A stretch of DNA of 64,000 bases from Elainellaceae cyanobacterium (GTDB taxonomy: Bacteria; Cyanobacteriota; Cyanobacteriia; CAZCXK01), in NCBI GenBank assembly GCA_051117555.1, contig JBNPEG010000074.1, positions 1 through 64,000 of the forward strand, given 5' to 3'. Positions 10,091 through 20,299 of this stretch are shown here, piece after piece. A program made the position numbers and the translations under genes. Below the pieces are notes generated by a model. It worked only from the letters and a program-made list of their open reading frames with translations, searched no databases and had not been told where the DNA came from. The number at the start of each line of letters is the position of its first letter. The stretch's first letter is position 1.

Positions 10091-10729
10091 TTACTCGCTG
10101 ATTAAATTGGCCAGCGGGGCACTATAAACCGGTTTCCACGCTTCAACAGTGCCTTCTCCAATTTCACTGTCAATAGTTTCTCCGCTTTCCGCCACTAATC
10201 GAATACTGATGTTCCCTTCCGGGGCATTTCGCAGGGCTTGGGCCAGCTCATCACTCACTGGAAATGTGCTGTTTTGTCCCTCAATTCGGAACACGTCGTC
10301 ATTAACTCTGATGAAGAGGCTAATCAGATTTCTGGCATTATTAAATTTTGAACAGTCAAGACTTGAAGAGAGACGATGTTGAAAAGAACTGCTTAAGCAG
10401 TCGCGATCGCGAGTGGTGAGCAAAAACCGAATTTCTTCAGGACTCCAAAGACTTTGAACCTCGACACGAACTGAGGTGTTGAAGATGCGATCAAAGAACA
10501 AATGCCGATCAAAGACCCCAATGAAATCCCCTTCAAAGGGGTCATTAATTTGGACGGGTTCTGACCATGGAGGTGTGGGTTGAGTGCCCAATGCAGCGGA
10601 GTCAACCACGGGCAAATCGGTTAAAGACCTGGCGGATGTAACACTTGCTACCCAGAGGCTCAATGTACCTAAACAAAGGCCGGACGCAGTCAGAGTTCGC
10701 CGAAACATATGCTTTTTCAGGTTGATCAT
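10091..10729 (-). CDS. Secreted/periplasmic hypothetical protein
   Basis: Long ORF with signal-peptide-like N-terminus (RRTLTASGLCLGTLSLWVASVTSA); start 10729 or 10708. Confidence 0.75.
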   Translation of the reverse strand: MINLKKHMFRRTLTASGLCLGTLSLWVASVTSARSLTDLPVVDSAALGTQPTPPWSEPVQINDPFEGDFIGVFDRHLFFDRIFNTSVRVEVQSLWSPEEIRFLLTTRDRDCLSSSFQHRLSSSLDCSKFNNARNLISLFIRVNDDVFRIEGQNSTFPVSDELAQALRNAPEGNISIRLVAESGETIDSEIGEGTVEAWKPVYSAPLANLISE

Positions 10730-10784
10730 AATAGCTGTCTCAACGTTAGCAGACCCGAAAAATACTGGAGTGGAAAATTTATCT

Positions 10785-10810
10785 ATTATATAATGCAATC
10801 TATTCTCATT
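10785..10810. promoter_or_regulatory. Overlapping divergent -10 boxes plus Fur-like box
   Basis: Palindrome ATTATATAAT gives TATAAT on both strands and adjoins aaTGCAATCTATTCTCAtt. Confidence 0.6.
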
Positions 10811-10927
10811 AAATATTTCTCTTTAAGAGGGGAGTATGTGATTGGGACAACAGGGGTGTGGGCGCAATGTTCCCGCTCTCTTGCTAACAAATTTACTAAA
10901 AATTGACGTTTGTATCTCTAGCATCTT

Positions 10928-12004
10928 GTGGTTACTTCATCCAGGCACAACCCATTAATTCTCTCCCTCACAGATATTGAGGAACTGGAGGCTGAGGCAA
11001 ATCAGCGGGGAGAACGGATTCATCAACTCACCCCCTCAGGGATACAAGAAAGACTGCCGCAGGCGTTGGGAAATGTTGGCGATCGCACGATTCAACTGCG
11101 GCACGGTCTCAAAATCGTAATCCGCAGCGGTCAACTACGGCAAACCGTTCAATTCGAGAATCCTCATGATTCATCGATACCGCTAGTCGCAAAATTTTAC
11201 CTGTCGGGTAACTCCAGAGTGTTGACGCCCGATATCCCCGATGTTTGTCCAGACTATGAAGAAACGGCTGGACATCATTACCTGTACTACCTACCGGATT
11301 TGGTGGAATTTGAGGAATGGTATGAACGCGAGACAATTCAGGTGGTGATGATTTTGCTCCAACCCGCTGCCTTGAGTGGTTTTGTAGCAGAAGCAGAGGT
11401 GTTGCCTGCCCCCTTTCAAAAGGTGCTTGAATCAGGACATGGTGAAGCGAGTAGCAATTCTCCTTTGGAGCAGCTTGGCCATCGCTTTCACCAGCCGATG
11501 GGCAGCATTACACCCGCTATGACAACGCTACTGCATCAGATTTTAGGCTGTCCCCATCATGGCATGTTGCGGCAGATGTATTTAGAGAGCAAAGCCCTTG
11601 ATTTGCTGACTCTGCAAGTAGGTCAGTGGGCAGACGGCCAGTCTCAATCTCGGCAAAAGAGGCGACTGGGGCCGGATGATGTCGAACGACTGCACCATGC
11701 CCGAGACATTTTGGTTCGGCAGATGGAAGCACCCCCTTCGCTGCTGAAATTGGCCCAGCAGGTGGGCCTGAATGATTGCAAACTGAAGCGAGGATTCCGT
11801 CAACTGTTTGGGACAACGGTGTTTGGCTATTTGCATCAAGCCCGACTGGAGCGATCGCGCCAGCTTTTAGCCACTGGAACGATGAGTGTGACAGAAGTGG
11901 CACAAACCGTCGGTTACAGCAGCTTACCGTCCTTTAGCAAAGCTTTTCGCAAACAGTTTGGCAGCAGCCCATTAACCTATAGCACGTCGCTCCGTTTGGG
12001 ATAA
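10928..12004 (+). CDS. PchR-like AraC family regulator (AraC-3)
   Basis: MYLESKALDLL, VGLNDCKLKRGFRQLFG, VGYSSLPSFSKAFRKQFG. Confidence 0.92.
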   Translation: MVTSSRHNPLILSLTDIEELEAEANQRGERIHQLTPSGIQERLPQALGNVGDRTIQLRHGLKIVIRSGQLRQTVQFENPHDSSIPLVAKFYLSGNSRVLTPDIPDVCPDYEETAGHHYLYYLPDLVEFEEWYERETIQVVMILLQPAALSGFVAEAEVLPAPFQKVLESGHGEASSNSPLEQLGHRFHQPMGSITPAMTTLLHQILGCPHHGMLRQMYLESKALDLLTLQVGQWADGQSQSRQKRRLGPDDVERLHHARDILVRQMEAPPSLLKLAQQVGLNDCKLKRGFRQLFGTTVFGYLHQARLERSRQLLATGTMSVTEVAQTVGYSSLPSFSKAFRKQFGSSPLTYSTSLRLG

Positions 12005-12025
12005 AAATTTCTCCGTTTCGGATAA
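11990..12025 (+). promoter_or_regulatory. Tandem direct repeat, putative AraC operator (cassette 2)
   Basis: CTCCGTTTGGGATAA (11990) and CTCCGTTTCGGATAA (12011), 21-bp period; first copy contains the AraC-3 stop; TACTAT at 12047. Confidence 0.7.
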
Positions 12026-12067
12026 GACAGCGATCGCAAAACCCTCTACTATTTCATGCATTAGTGT

Positions 12068-12082
12068 TGAGAACAATTCTCG
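12068..12082. promoter_or_regulatory. Fur-like box upstream of TBDT-2
   Basis: TGAGAACAATTCTCG. Confidence 0.7.
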
Positions 12083-12125
12083 ACTGCATTCATCTGTTGT
12101 ATGGATAAAGGTGTGAGGCGATCGC

Positions 12126-14639
12126 ATGAATCAACTAAACGTTAGTTTGTGGCTTGCAGGCATGGTGTCTTTTATTGTTGTTCAACCTGCCTGGGCAATC
12201 CCTGATCCTGCGATATCAGACTCGGTAATATCGGCAATAACTGCTGAGGAGTGGATGGATCAAATTGCCCAAGCAGAAAATTCCCCCGTTGATAGGACAC
12301 AAACAACTTTCATTGAGATTACCAATATTCAGGTCATTCAGACGGATGGGGGGATCGACATTTCCATAGAGGCTACGGAGGATCTGCGATCGCCCACGTC
12401 CTCCATTGTCGGCAATGCCCTTGTGATAGGCATTCCTGACGCAGTGTTGGCCTTACCTGAGGGTGAGGCTTTTGAAGTCTTCAGCCCCTCAGATGACATT
12501 GCCTTCATTTCAGCCACCAATACAGCGGCGAACCAGGTTCGACTGACGATTACTGGAACAGACGCACCGCCTTCTGCCGATCTCAGCACCAGTGTGCAAG
12601 GGCTAACCCTGAGCATTACACCGGGAACTGCAAGTGGGGCGATCGCAACCGACGACGATGCAATTCAGATCATTGTCACTGCAGAAAAAACGCCGGAAGA
12701 AGCCCAGGATGTTCCCATTAGCTTGACGGTGCTGACTGAAGACGAAATTGTAGATGCAGATATTACCTCTATTGAAGATATCTCAGGTAATGTCCCTAAC
12801 TTTTCATTTTTTAGCGGAGAAAATGCCGTCAGTCCCATCTATTCGATTCGGGGACTGGGAAATTTCAATTTCCTTTCGAGAGAAGCCGTTGCATTTTACA
12901 TCGACGGAGTGCCTTACGATCGTACGAATTTTATCAGCACCGATTTGCCTGATATTGAACAAGTTGAAGTGTTGCGGGGGCCGCAGAGTACCCTCTATGG
13001 CAGAAATGCTCTGTCGGGCGTTGTCAACGTCATCACACGCCAACCCACCAACACGTTTGAATTTAATGGTGCTGCCAGTTATAGCAGTTTTGACACGTTT
13101 GATATTCGAGCCGGAGTCAGTGGCCCAATTGTAAACGATGAGCTGTTTTTCCGACTGTCAGGCGGCTTCTTCTCACGGGATGGATACATTGAAAACTCAT
13201 TTTTAGACGACGGAGTGGATGAACGAGAAAGCTTGAATGGGAGAGCACAACTGCTCTGGACCCCATCAGATCAGTGGGAAATCTCATTTAACGCCTTTGT
13301 CGAAGACCTTGAGAATGGAGTAAATTTTGTTGTTGTCAGCGATTTTGATCCTGCGGATGCATTTGATGTCGAAGAAGATGTGGATAACTCGTTTGACCGG
13401 GTCTCCGACACGCAGGCATTGAGAATCGCTTACACACATCCAGACTTTCGAGCAACATCTATCACCGCTCGTCGATTCTCCAGAAGCGAACAACGAGCTG
13501 ATGCGGATGGTAGTCCGCTCGATATCGTAGTGAACACGAATGACTTTGAATCGACCGTTTGGAGCCAAGAAATTCGCTTTCAGTCACCTGAAGACGTTGA
13601 ACGATTTGAATGGTTGGTCGGTGGATACTTTGAATCGCGACAGTTCTCTAATGAAAATGATGGATTCACCTTTGGAACTGATGCCGCATCGATTGGTTTT
13701 CCCACAGGCACAAGCGTGACCAATGGAGAAGTAGATGAAACAACTTGGGCTGGCTTTGCTCAAGTCAGTTATCGTCCCATCAATCCGCTGACGCTGACAG
13801 CAGGACTGAGATTTGAATCCTTTGACGGCACATTAGAGAGTTTAGAAAGTACATTTACTCCCTCTGGCGGTTCAACGTTAACGACGCTATTCGCTGATGA
13901 TGTTGAACAAGATACTGACATCTTGCTCCCTCGGTTTGTGGCAGAATATCGATTCAATCCTGATTTGATGGCTTATGGCAGCATTGCCAGAGGATACAGA
14001 CCCGGTGGCGTCAACTTTCGAGCCGATGAAACGACTTTTACCTTTGAAGAGGAAAGGGCCTGGAATTACGAGATTGGCTTGAAATCGTCCTGGTTGAATA
14101 ATCGACTGGGTGCCAACTTATCCATATTTCATACTGATGTGAATGACTATCAAGTGCTGACTGCCGATAGCTTTAATATCAGCCGCATTGATAATGCTGA
14201 TGTCAGCATTACGGGCGCTGAATTAGAGTTTAGAGCAGCTCCCCTAGATGGGTTAGACATTATTGCAGGGCTAGGGATTTCTGATGCTGAGTTTACTGAA
14301 TTTGAGAACTTTGATGGCAATCAAGTTCCCTATGCTCCCAACCTAACTTACAACTTGGCGCTTCAGTATCGTGCGAGAAATGGCATCTTTGCCAGAGCAG
14401 AACTTCAGGGAGTGGGAACGACCTATTTCAACGACGCAAATACACTTCAACAAGACTCGTACGCCATTGTCAATGCGCGTCTTGGCTATGAATTTGAGCA
14501 GGTCGGCATTTATGTGTTTGCAAACAACATCTTTGATACTAAATACTTTGCCCAAGCTGCTGATTTTGCTCCCTTCGGATTCTTGGTTGCCCCTGGTGCG
14601 CCTGCAACTGTTGGGGTTCAAGTAAGAGGCCAGTTTTAA
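12126..14639 (+). CDS. TonB-dependent receptor with AMIN domain, FyuA-like class (TBDT-2)
   Basis: IQIIVTAEKTPEEAQDVPISLTV, VEVLRGPQSTLYGRNALSGVVNVIT, YGSIARGYRPGG, terminal F. Confidence 0.9.
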   Translation: MNQLNVSLWLAGMVSFIVVQPAWAIPDPAISDSVISAITAEEWMDQIAQAENSPVDRTQTTFIEITNIQVIQTDGGIDISIEATEDLRSPTSSIVGNALVIGIPDAVLALPEGEAFEVFSPSDDIAFISATNTAANQVRLTITGTDAPPSADLSTSVQGLTLSITPGTASGAIATDDDAIQIIVTAEKTPEEAQDVPISLTVLTEDEIVDADITSIEDISGNVPNFSFFSGENAVSPIYSIRGLGNFNFLSREAVAFYIDGVPYDRTNFISTDLPDIEQVEVLRGPQSTLYGRNALSGVVNVITRQPTNTFEFNGAASYSSFDTFDIRAGVSGPIVNDELFFRLSGGFFSRDGYIENSFLDDGVDERESLNGRAQLLWTPSDQWEISFNAFVEDLENGVNFVVVSDFDPADAFDVEEDVDNSFDRVSDTQALRIAYTHPDFRATSITARRFSRSEQRADADGSPLDIVVNTNDFESTVWSQEIRFQSPEDVERFEWLVGGYFESRQFSNENDGFTFGTDAASIGFPTGTSVTNGEVDETTWAGFAQVSYRPINPLTLTAGLRFESFDGTLESLESTFTPSGGSTLTTLFADDVEQDTDILLPRFVAEYRFNPDLMAYGSIARGYRPGGVNFRADETTFTFEEERAWNYEIGLKSSWLNNRLGANLSIFHTDVNDYQVLTADSFNISRIDNADVSITGAELEFRAAPLDGLDIIAGLGISDAEFTEFENFDGNQVPYAPNLTYNLALQYRARNGIFARAELQGVGTTYFNDANTLQQDSYAIVNARLGYEFEQVGIYVFANNIFDTKYFAQAADFAPFGFLVAPGAPATVGVQVRGQF

Positions 14640-14691
14640 TTCTTATTCCCATCATGGTTAGTATTACGTTGTCCACTTACAACACCCCATA

Positions 14692-15753
14692 ATGGTTAAT
14701 CATCTCTATCGAGTCGTTATTCAGTTGATATCAAGTATCTTAGGATTGCTTCTCATCACATCATGTAGTCAATCCTTTACGAAGGATAGAGAAGGGTCTG
14801 CTAAACCGACAGCGACAACAACCTGTGAATTGATTCAGCATCAGTTGGGTGAGACAGAAGTGTGTGGGGATGCTCAGACTATCGTAGTGTTGAATCCAAA
14901 CATGCTGGAGTTACTGGTAGCACTGGGAATTCAACCCATTGGTTATGCCGATATTTTTGCGATCCACACTGGAGAGGCATTTGATCAGCCGACTCAGCAA
15001 ATTCCATATCTAGGAAACCAAGTGACAACTCAACCCGTTAATCTGGGAACAGCCATGGAGCCTTCCTTGGAAGCGATCGCCCAGCTTAACCCTGATCTGA
15101 TTCTAGGCAGTATTGAAGAACTGGAAGGTAAATACGACATTCTTTCACAAATTGCTCCCACCCTACTTTTTCGTTATCGAGGGACTGATAATTGGCAGCA
15201 AAGTATTCAGGCGATCGCCCAGGCAACCGGACGAAAAAAACAAGCCAAGCAGGTTTTTGATGCCTATCAGCAGAAGATTGAAACGGTTCGTCACGCCTTA
15301 AAGCCTGTTGTCGAGAACTACCCTAGCGTGCTGATGCTGGCATCTGACAACATAGAGCGATCGCTGCAAATCGCTAACGACAGAGATTTCTGCGGCAGTT
15401 TGATGGAAGATTTGGGATTTCAGTTAGTTACACTTCCGGGACAAACCCTCAATACCACTGCTCAAGATATTTCCCTTGAAGTTTTATCTGATTTAAACGC
15501 AGACCTAATTGTGATTCAAGGGCACAATTCTGAGTCCTTTGATCAACTTACTGATGTGAATGACTTTAGCAATCATCAACTCAGCGACTTGAGGCAAGCC
15601 TGGACAGAGAATGCGATCGCCCAATCTCTAACCCCAAGCAAAAAAGGACGGGTTTATTTTGTGCCAACGTACCTTTGCCGTGGACTCCCTGGCCCCATCG
15701 GTACAGAAATTTTGTTGACCCAATTCCAAGACTTTTTACTATCAGTGAACTAA
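14692..15753 (+). CDS. Iron-siderophore ABC substrate-binding lipoprotein
   Basis: Lipobox LITSC, IQHQLGETEVC, PSLEAIAQLNPDLILG, PGPIGTE. Confidence 0.92.
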   Translation: MVNHLYRVVIQLISSILGLLLITSCSQSFTKDREGSAKPTATTTCELIQHQLGETEVCGDAQTIVVLNPNMLELLVALGIQPIGYADIFAIHTGEAFDQPTQQIPYLGNQVTTQPVNLGTAMEPSLEAIAQLNPDLILGSIEELEGKYDILSQIAPTLLFRYRGTDNWQQSIQAIAQATGRKKQAKQVFDAYQQKIETVRHALKPVVENYPSVLMLASDNIERSLQIANDRDFCGSLMEDLGFQLVTLPGQTLNTTAQDISLEVLSDLNADLIVIQGHNSESFDQLTDVNDFSNHQLSDLRQAWTENAIAQSLTPSKKGRVYFVPTYLCRGLPGPIGTEILLTQFQDFLLSVN

Positions 15754-15766
15754 ATACTTCACTTAT

Positions 15767-17065
15767 ATGCAAACATTTCTTATCATCTGGGCTGGGCAAC
15801 TGGTTTCCTCCATTGGCAGCCAAATGACTTTATTTGCCCTAACTATTTGGGCTTGGGATCAAACAGGGTCGGCTACTGCCCTCGCCTTGATTGGCTTTTT
15901 TGCCTTACTGTCCAGTATTCTCTCCACTCCAGTCATTGGCCAATGGGTCGATACTTACAACCGTAAATGGCTAATGCTGATCAGTGATAGTGCGATTGCC
16001 CTGGCCGTCCTTCTCGTTCTTATCCTTACTCTCACCGATCAGTTACAGATTTGGCATCTGTACGCGATCGCCTTCTACATCGGCTGCTTCAGTCAACTAC
16101 AAACTCTCACCTATCAGGCATCCCTATCTCTGCTGGTACCAGAACAGCATCATACTCGCGCCGCCAGCATGGGCATGATGATTTTCTACAGCGCTCAGAT
16201 TTTGTCTCCCGCCTTCGCTGGAGTGTTCTATCCCACAATCAGGCTTAGCGGCATCATTCTCATCGACCTCTCCACTTTTGCGATCGCCCTCCTCACACTC
16301 CTTTTCATCCAAATCCCCTCCCCTTCCCAATCCCCAATCCCTAATCCCCAATCCAAAATCCTACCCACCCACTCTCTCACCACTGGCATCCGCTACATCC
16401 TGACCCGCCCGAGCTTACGTACCTTCCTGCTTATCACCAGTGCTTTCTGGTTTTTCCATGAGCTGGCTGATACGTTAGTCAGTCCACTGATTTTAGCCCG
16501 TACCAATGGCGATACCACTATTTTGGGCAGTGTTTTATCATCCGTTGGATTAGGTGGAGTGATCGGGGCGATCTCCCTCACCATCTGGGGTGGCCCAAAG
16601 CGTCGCATCCGAGGATTAGCGCTGGGAATGATTGGGGTCGGCGTGAGTCGAATGGTCTTTGGACTAGGGCGATCGCCCTGGATGTGGTTGCCTACCCAAT
16701 TTCTAGCATCGCTGCAATTTCCTCTCTTTGGTAGCTCAGAACATGCCATCTGGTTTGCCAGGGTTGCTCAACATCTACAAGGACGAGTCTTTGCTGTTCA
16801 AATGCTGACTCAACAAGTGGCGATCGCTTTAGCCATGCTGATGGCAGGCCCACTCGCTGATCGAATATTCGAGCCTGCTCTTTCGCCCGATCATCCCGTG
16901 TCAGCGATGCTTGGGGCTATTTTTGGTGTCGTTGCAGGTGCAGGCATTGGAGCACTGATCACCCTTTGCTCTGGAGGTATGGTAATGATGGGTATCGGTG
17001 CGTTAAGTCTGCGGATTGTGCGAAAGATTGATTCTGAAGTTACTGGGTTCAGCAGCAATAGATAG
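15767..17065 (+). CDS. MFS transporter (DHA3/MefA/EntS-like), paralog of 8756-10018
   Basis: WAGQLVSSIGS, TGSATALAL, WGGPKRR, QGRVFA. Confidence 0.9.
   Translation: MQTFLIIWAGQLVSSIGSQMTLFALTIWAWDQTGSATALALIGFFALLSSILSTPVIGQWVDTYNRKWLMLISDSAIALAVLLVLILTLTDQLQIWHLYAIAFYIGCFSQLQTLTYQASLSLLVPEQHHTRAASMGMMIFYSAQILSPAFAGVFYPTIRLSGIILIDLSTFAIALLTLLFIQIPSPSQSPIPNPQSKILPTHSLTTGIRYILTRPSLRTFLLITSAFWFFHELADTLVSPLILARTNGDTTILGSVLSSVGLGGVIGAISLTIWGGPKRRIRGLALGMIGVGVSRMVFGLGRSPWMWLPTQFLASLQFPLFGSSEHAIWFARVAQHLQGRVFAVQMLTQQVAIALAMLMAGPLADRIFEPALSPDHPVSAMLGAIFGVVAGAGIGALITLCSGGMVMMGIGALSLRIVRKIDSEVTGFSSNR
16326..16361 (+). repeat. STRR-like heptamer tandem repeat inside the MFS central loop
   Basis: CCCAATC/CCTAATC/CAAAATC units encoding QSPIPNPQSKI. 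Confidence 0.7.
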
Positions 17066-17177
17066 ACCAAATAAGAATCGGGATTTTGAGTGAGAGGTTG
17101 GCGATCGCTCTAGTCCACAGATCCTCCCTTCTCCAAAATCAAAATCTGGCTAACTCACTGAATATCTTGAACCAAGT

Positions 17178-17930
17178 CTACTCCAATTCATCTGGGTTAA
17201 TGCCTTGAGCTTTGAGAATTTCGGCTAGTCGATCAGCGCGTTGGCGTTCTTGCTCGGCGCGTTGGTGTTCCTCTTCAGCGCGTTGGTGTTCTTGCTCGGC
17301 GCGTTGGTGTTGCTGTTCAGCCTTTTCATCTCCTGTCAGCAATAGATTCCCCTGAGCGTCACACCAGCGCAGCCAGGCATCCTGTCGTCCTTCAAATTCT
17401 CCTTGCCAAAGGGTGAGGCCGAGATTCACCTGTTCTAAATAGGGTTCGGACAACTCAGTATAATGCCGCCCCCGTAGTTCATACAGTCGGAGAGGTGTTT
17501 CGCTCAACTGCTGGGCTGGATCGTAAACGACGTAATAGCTGACTCGCATCTGAGCATAGGTCTGGAGCTTGTCGGTCAGCTCATTGCCAACACGATTTGA
17601 GACAATCTCCAGCACCAGTTCAGGGGGCTTGCCAAAGTTCCACACCAGATAACAGCGGTTGGGTTTTTCCCACCAGTCAGGAGGCACCTGCACATCTAAG
17701 CTGATGAAGACATCAGGAACAATGGCTGGCTGGCTGACCGTGTGATAGATTCCAACGTTGGCCTCAGCCAAGAATGGCTCCGGTCTCCAGTCATGACTAT
17801 AGAGGCAACTGACTAGGAGCCGCTGCTGTTTCGCTGATGCAAAGTTATCCACGGGCGTATCATCCTCGGTGATGAGGTGATCGACGTTTGGGAAGACCGC
17901 TTCATCAACAATGGGTAGGGAACGGGTCAT
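17178..17930 (-). CDS. Uma2 family protein with C-terminal coiled-coil repeats
   Basis: TEDDTPVDN, IVPDVF, PPELVLEIVS, LRWCD, (AEQEHQR)n heptads. Confidence 0.9.
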   Translation of the reverse strand: MTRSLPIVDEAVFPNVDHLITEDDTPVDNFASAKQQRLLVSCLYSHDWRPEPFLAEANVGIYHTVSQPAIVPDVFISLDVQVPPDWWEKPNRCYLVWNFGKPPELVLEIVSNRVGNELTDKLQTYAQMRVSYYVVYDPAQQLSETPLRLYELRGRHYTELSEPYLEQVNLGLTLWQGEFEGRQDAWLRWCDAQGNLLLTGDEKAEQQHQRAEQEHQRAEEEHQRAEQERQRADRLAEILKAQGINPDELE

Positions 17931-17984
17931 CAGATGCTGCCTCTACCAAAACTAAGTCCATTGTAAAGAATTTCGCCGGGGACT

Positions 17985-18278
17985 ATGTTCTCTACTCCTA
18001 CGAATACTACGCTCGATATGCCTCCCCCTCTTTTGGTGGTCGAAGTGGTGTCCGCTGGGAAAGAAAATGAAAACCGCGATTATCGCTATAAACGAGCTGA
18101 ATATGCCGCGAGAAGCATTGCAGAATATTGGATTGTTGACCCTATTCAGGCAAAAGTCACTGTTTTGCAGTGGGTAGAGGGGCTGTATGAAGAGTCAACC
18201 TATCGAGGCGAGGAAGACACTATTTCTCCTATATTTCCACAGCTTAAGTTGACGGCGGCGCAAGTTCTTCAGTCTTAG
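17985..18278 (+). pseudogene. Uma2 family gene, 5'-truncated
   Basis: Only the C-terminal half is present (PPLLVVEVVS, DYRYKRAEYAAR, EYWIVDP); N-terminal part with the PD motif is absent. Confidence 0.7.
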
Positions 18279-18308
18279 TCCTTTCTTATACATTCTTCTT
18301 ATACATTC

Positions 18309-20180
18309 TTAGGTGCGATCGCTGTACTGGTGGTCCCCTAAATTGACCAGATGGGCAAACCGGGACTGACGGTTTTGGAGTAGCGAGAGGCGATCGCCAT
18401 ATTCCACCACTTTTCCCTTTTCTAAAATCAGGATTTGATCAGCTCGCTGAATGGTTTTGAGTCGGTGGGCGATGATAATGCCTGTGCGATTCTCTAATAA
18501 TCTATCAACCGCTTGTTCGATGACACGTTCCGTGGAGGGATCAAGGCGGGACGAGGCTTCGTCAAGAATGACCAAGCCAGGATTTTTGAGAAACACACGA
18601 GCAAAGGCCAGGAGTTGTGCTTGCCCTGCCGACAGTCCACCGCTGTCTGAACTGAGAACCGTATCTAATCCTAGTGGGTGTGCATCGAGCCAGTCTGAAA
18701 GTCTCAATAACTCAAGAGTTTGTAGAATCTCATCATCACTAACGGCTGGATTAAAGAAGGTCAGATTGTCACGAATGCTTGCTTGAAAAAGCTGTACATC
18801 CTGGGTAACCAAACCAATACGCTGACGTAATTCTGCTAAAGAAACTTTGGCGACATCCCTATGGGACGCTGACGCGATATCCTCTCCTCCAATGCAAATC
18901 TCTCCCTGTTGAACATCGTAGAACCGCAGTAAGAGTCGGGCGATGGTGGTCTTACCGCTGCCCGTATGACCAAGGATGCCGAGAACTTTGCCGGGAGGGA
19001 GATGGAAGGTGAGGGAGTGGAGGGTAGGAGAAGGAGGAATTTTGGATTTTAGATTTTGGATTTTGGATTGGGGGAGCGGGAGTGGAGGGTGGGAAGTTGT
19101 ATGCTTATCCTCATCTTGAATATTTTGGGGAAGATGATACCAGAAACTGACGTTCTTGAAGCTGATAGAGAAAGGGCCTGGGGGAAGGAAGAGAGTGCCG
19201 CTGTCTAGTAAATTAGAGCGCAGTTGCAGGAGTTCTCGAATGCGGTGGATGCTGGCTTCGACTTGCTGGAGTTGTTCGAGTTCTTCGCGGATGCGTTCGA
19301 TGGGTTGGCTCAACAGGTTGGTGTAGTGAAAGATAAGATAAGCGGTGCCGATGGTGATAGCTTGTCGAGTCCAGAGGTAGGCAACTAGGGTGAGGGCGAT
19401 CGCATTCCCAATGGTAAATAACCCAACGCTGCCTGCCCAGAGTAAGGTGCTGGTAAATCTGGCTTTGTGGTAGATGGGTAGCCAGTCTTGCACGATGCGA
19501 TAGAAGCGATGCATCACGTAGCCAACGGCTCCATTGGCCCGCAGGTCTTCCCGTCCGCCAATCTGTTCTGCAACAAAGCCAAAGAATTCGGCACTCTTTT
19601 GTCGATACTGAGACCAGGGGGCGATCGCCATCCGCTGCACGCCCAGCAACAGGCTGAGGGATACCCCTGAAAACAGAGTTAGGCTCAGTCCGGCTCGCCA
19701 ATCTTCAAACCAGAGAATCGAAAGAATTCCAAGTAGTAAAATCCCATTTCCCAAGACATGAATGACGAGTTGGGAAAGGAATCGGGAAAGGGCGGTGATA
19801 TCACCATCGATACGTTCTACCCATTCACCGGGAGTGCGGGATTTGTGGTGGGAGAGGTCAAGCCTCAAGCAGTGGTCGATGACATCCAGTCGCAGGGCAT
19901 TGGTGGCTGTCCACGCGATGGTTTCACTGAGATAAGTGGTGACTACTGAAAAGACCTGGATCAGCACCGCAACTCCCATGAATGCAAGGGCAATGGTGAT
20001 CAGCGTTTGGGTGGCTCCGCCTGTGGTGGCGGTGTCGATAAACAGACCCAAGAGTTGGGGGTTGAGGATCTGGAGGACGATGGCGGTAAGGAGGGCGATC
20101 GCCAATCCGATCACGCGGCCTTGCTGCGGTTTCAGGTAATCGGATAGAAGAGACCCATATTGCTTAAGCGGAATTCGCAT
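18309..20180 (-). CDS. Half-size ABC transporter (TMD+NBD), subunit A
   Basis: TM region, Walker A GHTGSGKT, signature LSAGQ, Walker B ILDEA, H-loop AHR. Confidence 0.92.
   Translation of the reverse strand: MRIPLKQYGSLLSDYLKPQQGRVIGLAIALLTAIVLQILNPQLLGLFIDTATTGGATQTLITIALAFMGVAVLIQVFSVVTTYLSETIAWTATNALRLDVIDHCLRLDLSHHKSRTPGEWVERIDGDITALSRFLSQLVIHVLGNGILLLGILSILWFEDWRAGLSLTLFSGVSLSLLLGVQRMAIAPWSQYRQKSAEFFGFVAEQIGGREDLRANGAVGYVMHRFYRIVQDWLPIYHKARFTSTLLWAGSVGLFTIGNAIALTLVAYLWTRQAITIGTAYLIFHYTNLLSQPIERIREELEQLQQVEASIHRIRELLQLRSNLLDSGTLFLPPGPFSISFKNVSFWYHLPQNIQDEDKHTTSHPPLPLPQSKIQNLKSKIPPSPTLHSLTFHLPPGKVLGILGHTGSGKTTIARLLLRFYDVQQGEICIGGEDIASASHRDVAKVSLAELRQRIGLVTQDVQLFQASIRDNLTFFNPAVSDDEILQTLELLRLSDWLDAHPLGLDTVLSSDSGGLSAGQAQLLAFARVFLKNPGLVILDEASSRLDPSTERVIEQAVDRLLENRTGIIIAHRLKTIQRADQILILEKGKVVEYGDRLSLLQNRQSRFAHLVNLGDHQYSDRT
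19039..19071 (-). repeat. STRR-like heptamer repeat inside ABC-A
   Basis: (AATCCAA/AATCTAA)n encoding QSKIQNLKSKI. Confidence 0.7.
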
Positions 20181-20226
20181 GAATCAATTCATTCGCTAAG
20201 GCCACGTATTATATGGAGCAATAAGG

Positions 20227-20299
20227 AGTCTACCGTAAAGCTTGAGTCGATTTGGCTCCTAGCCGGAGTTTTTTGGCTCCTAAACGGAATTTTTTGGCT
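20227..20299 (-). promoter_or_regulatory. 21-bp-period direct repeats and -10 box upstream of ABC-A
   Basis: Minus strand AAAAATTCCGTTTAGGAGCCA then AAAAACTCCGGCTAGGAGCCA; TAGACT starts 35 nt after the proximal TCCG. Confidence 0.7.

Noticed and set aside
17221..17325. 21-nt repeats in the Uma2 3' end
   Set aside because: Ordinary coiled-coil heptads typical of cyanobacterial Uma2 tails
18285..18310. CTTATACATTCTT tandem duplication
   Set aside because: Simple slippage between convergent genes
20251..20299. 21-bp periodic repeats as a mini-CRISPR
   Set aside because: Units are contiguous with no unique spacers and no cas genes; better explained as operators
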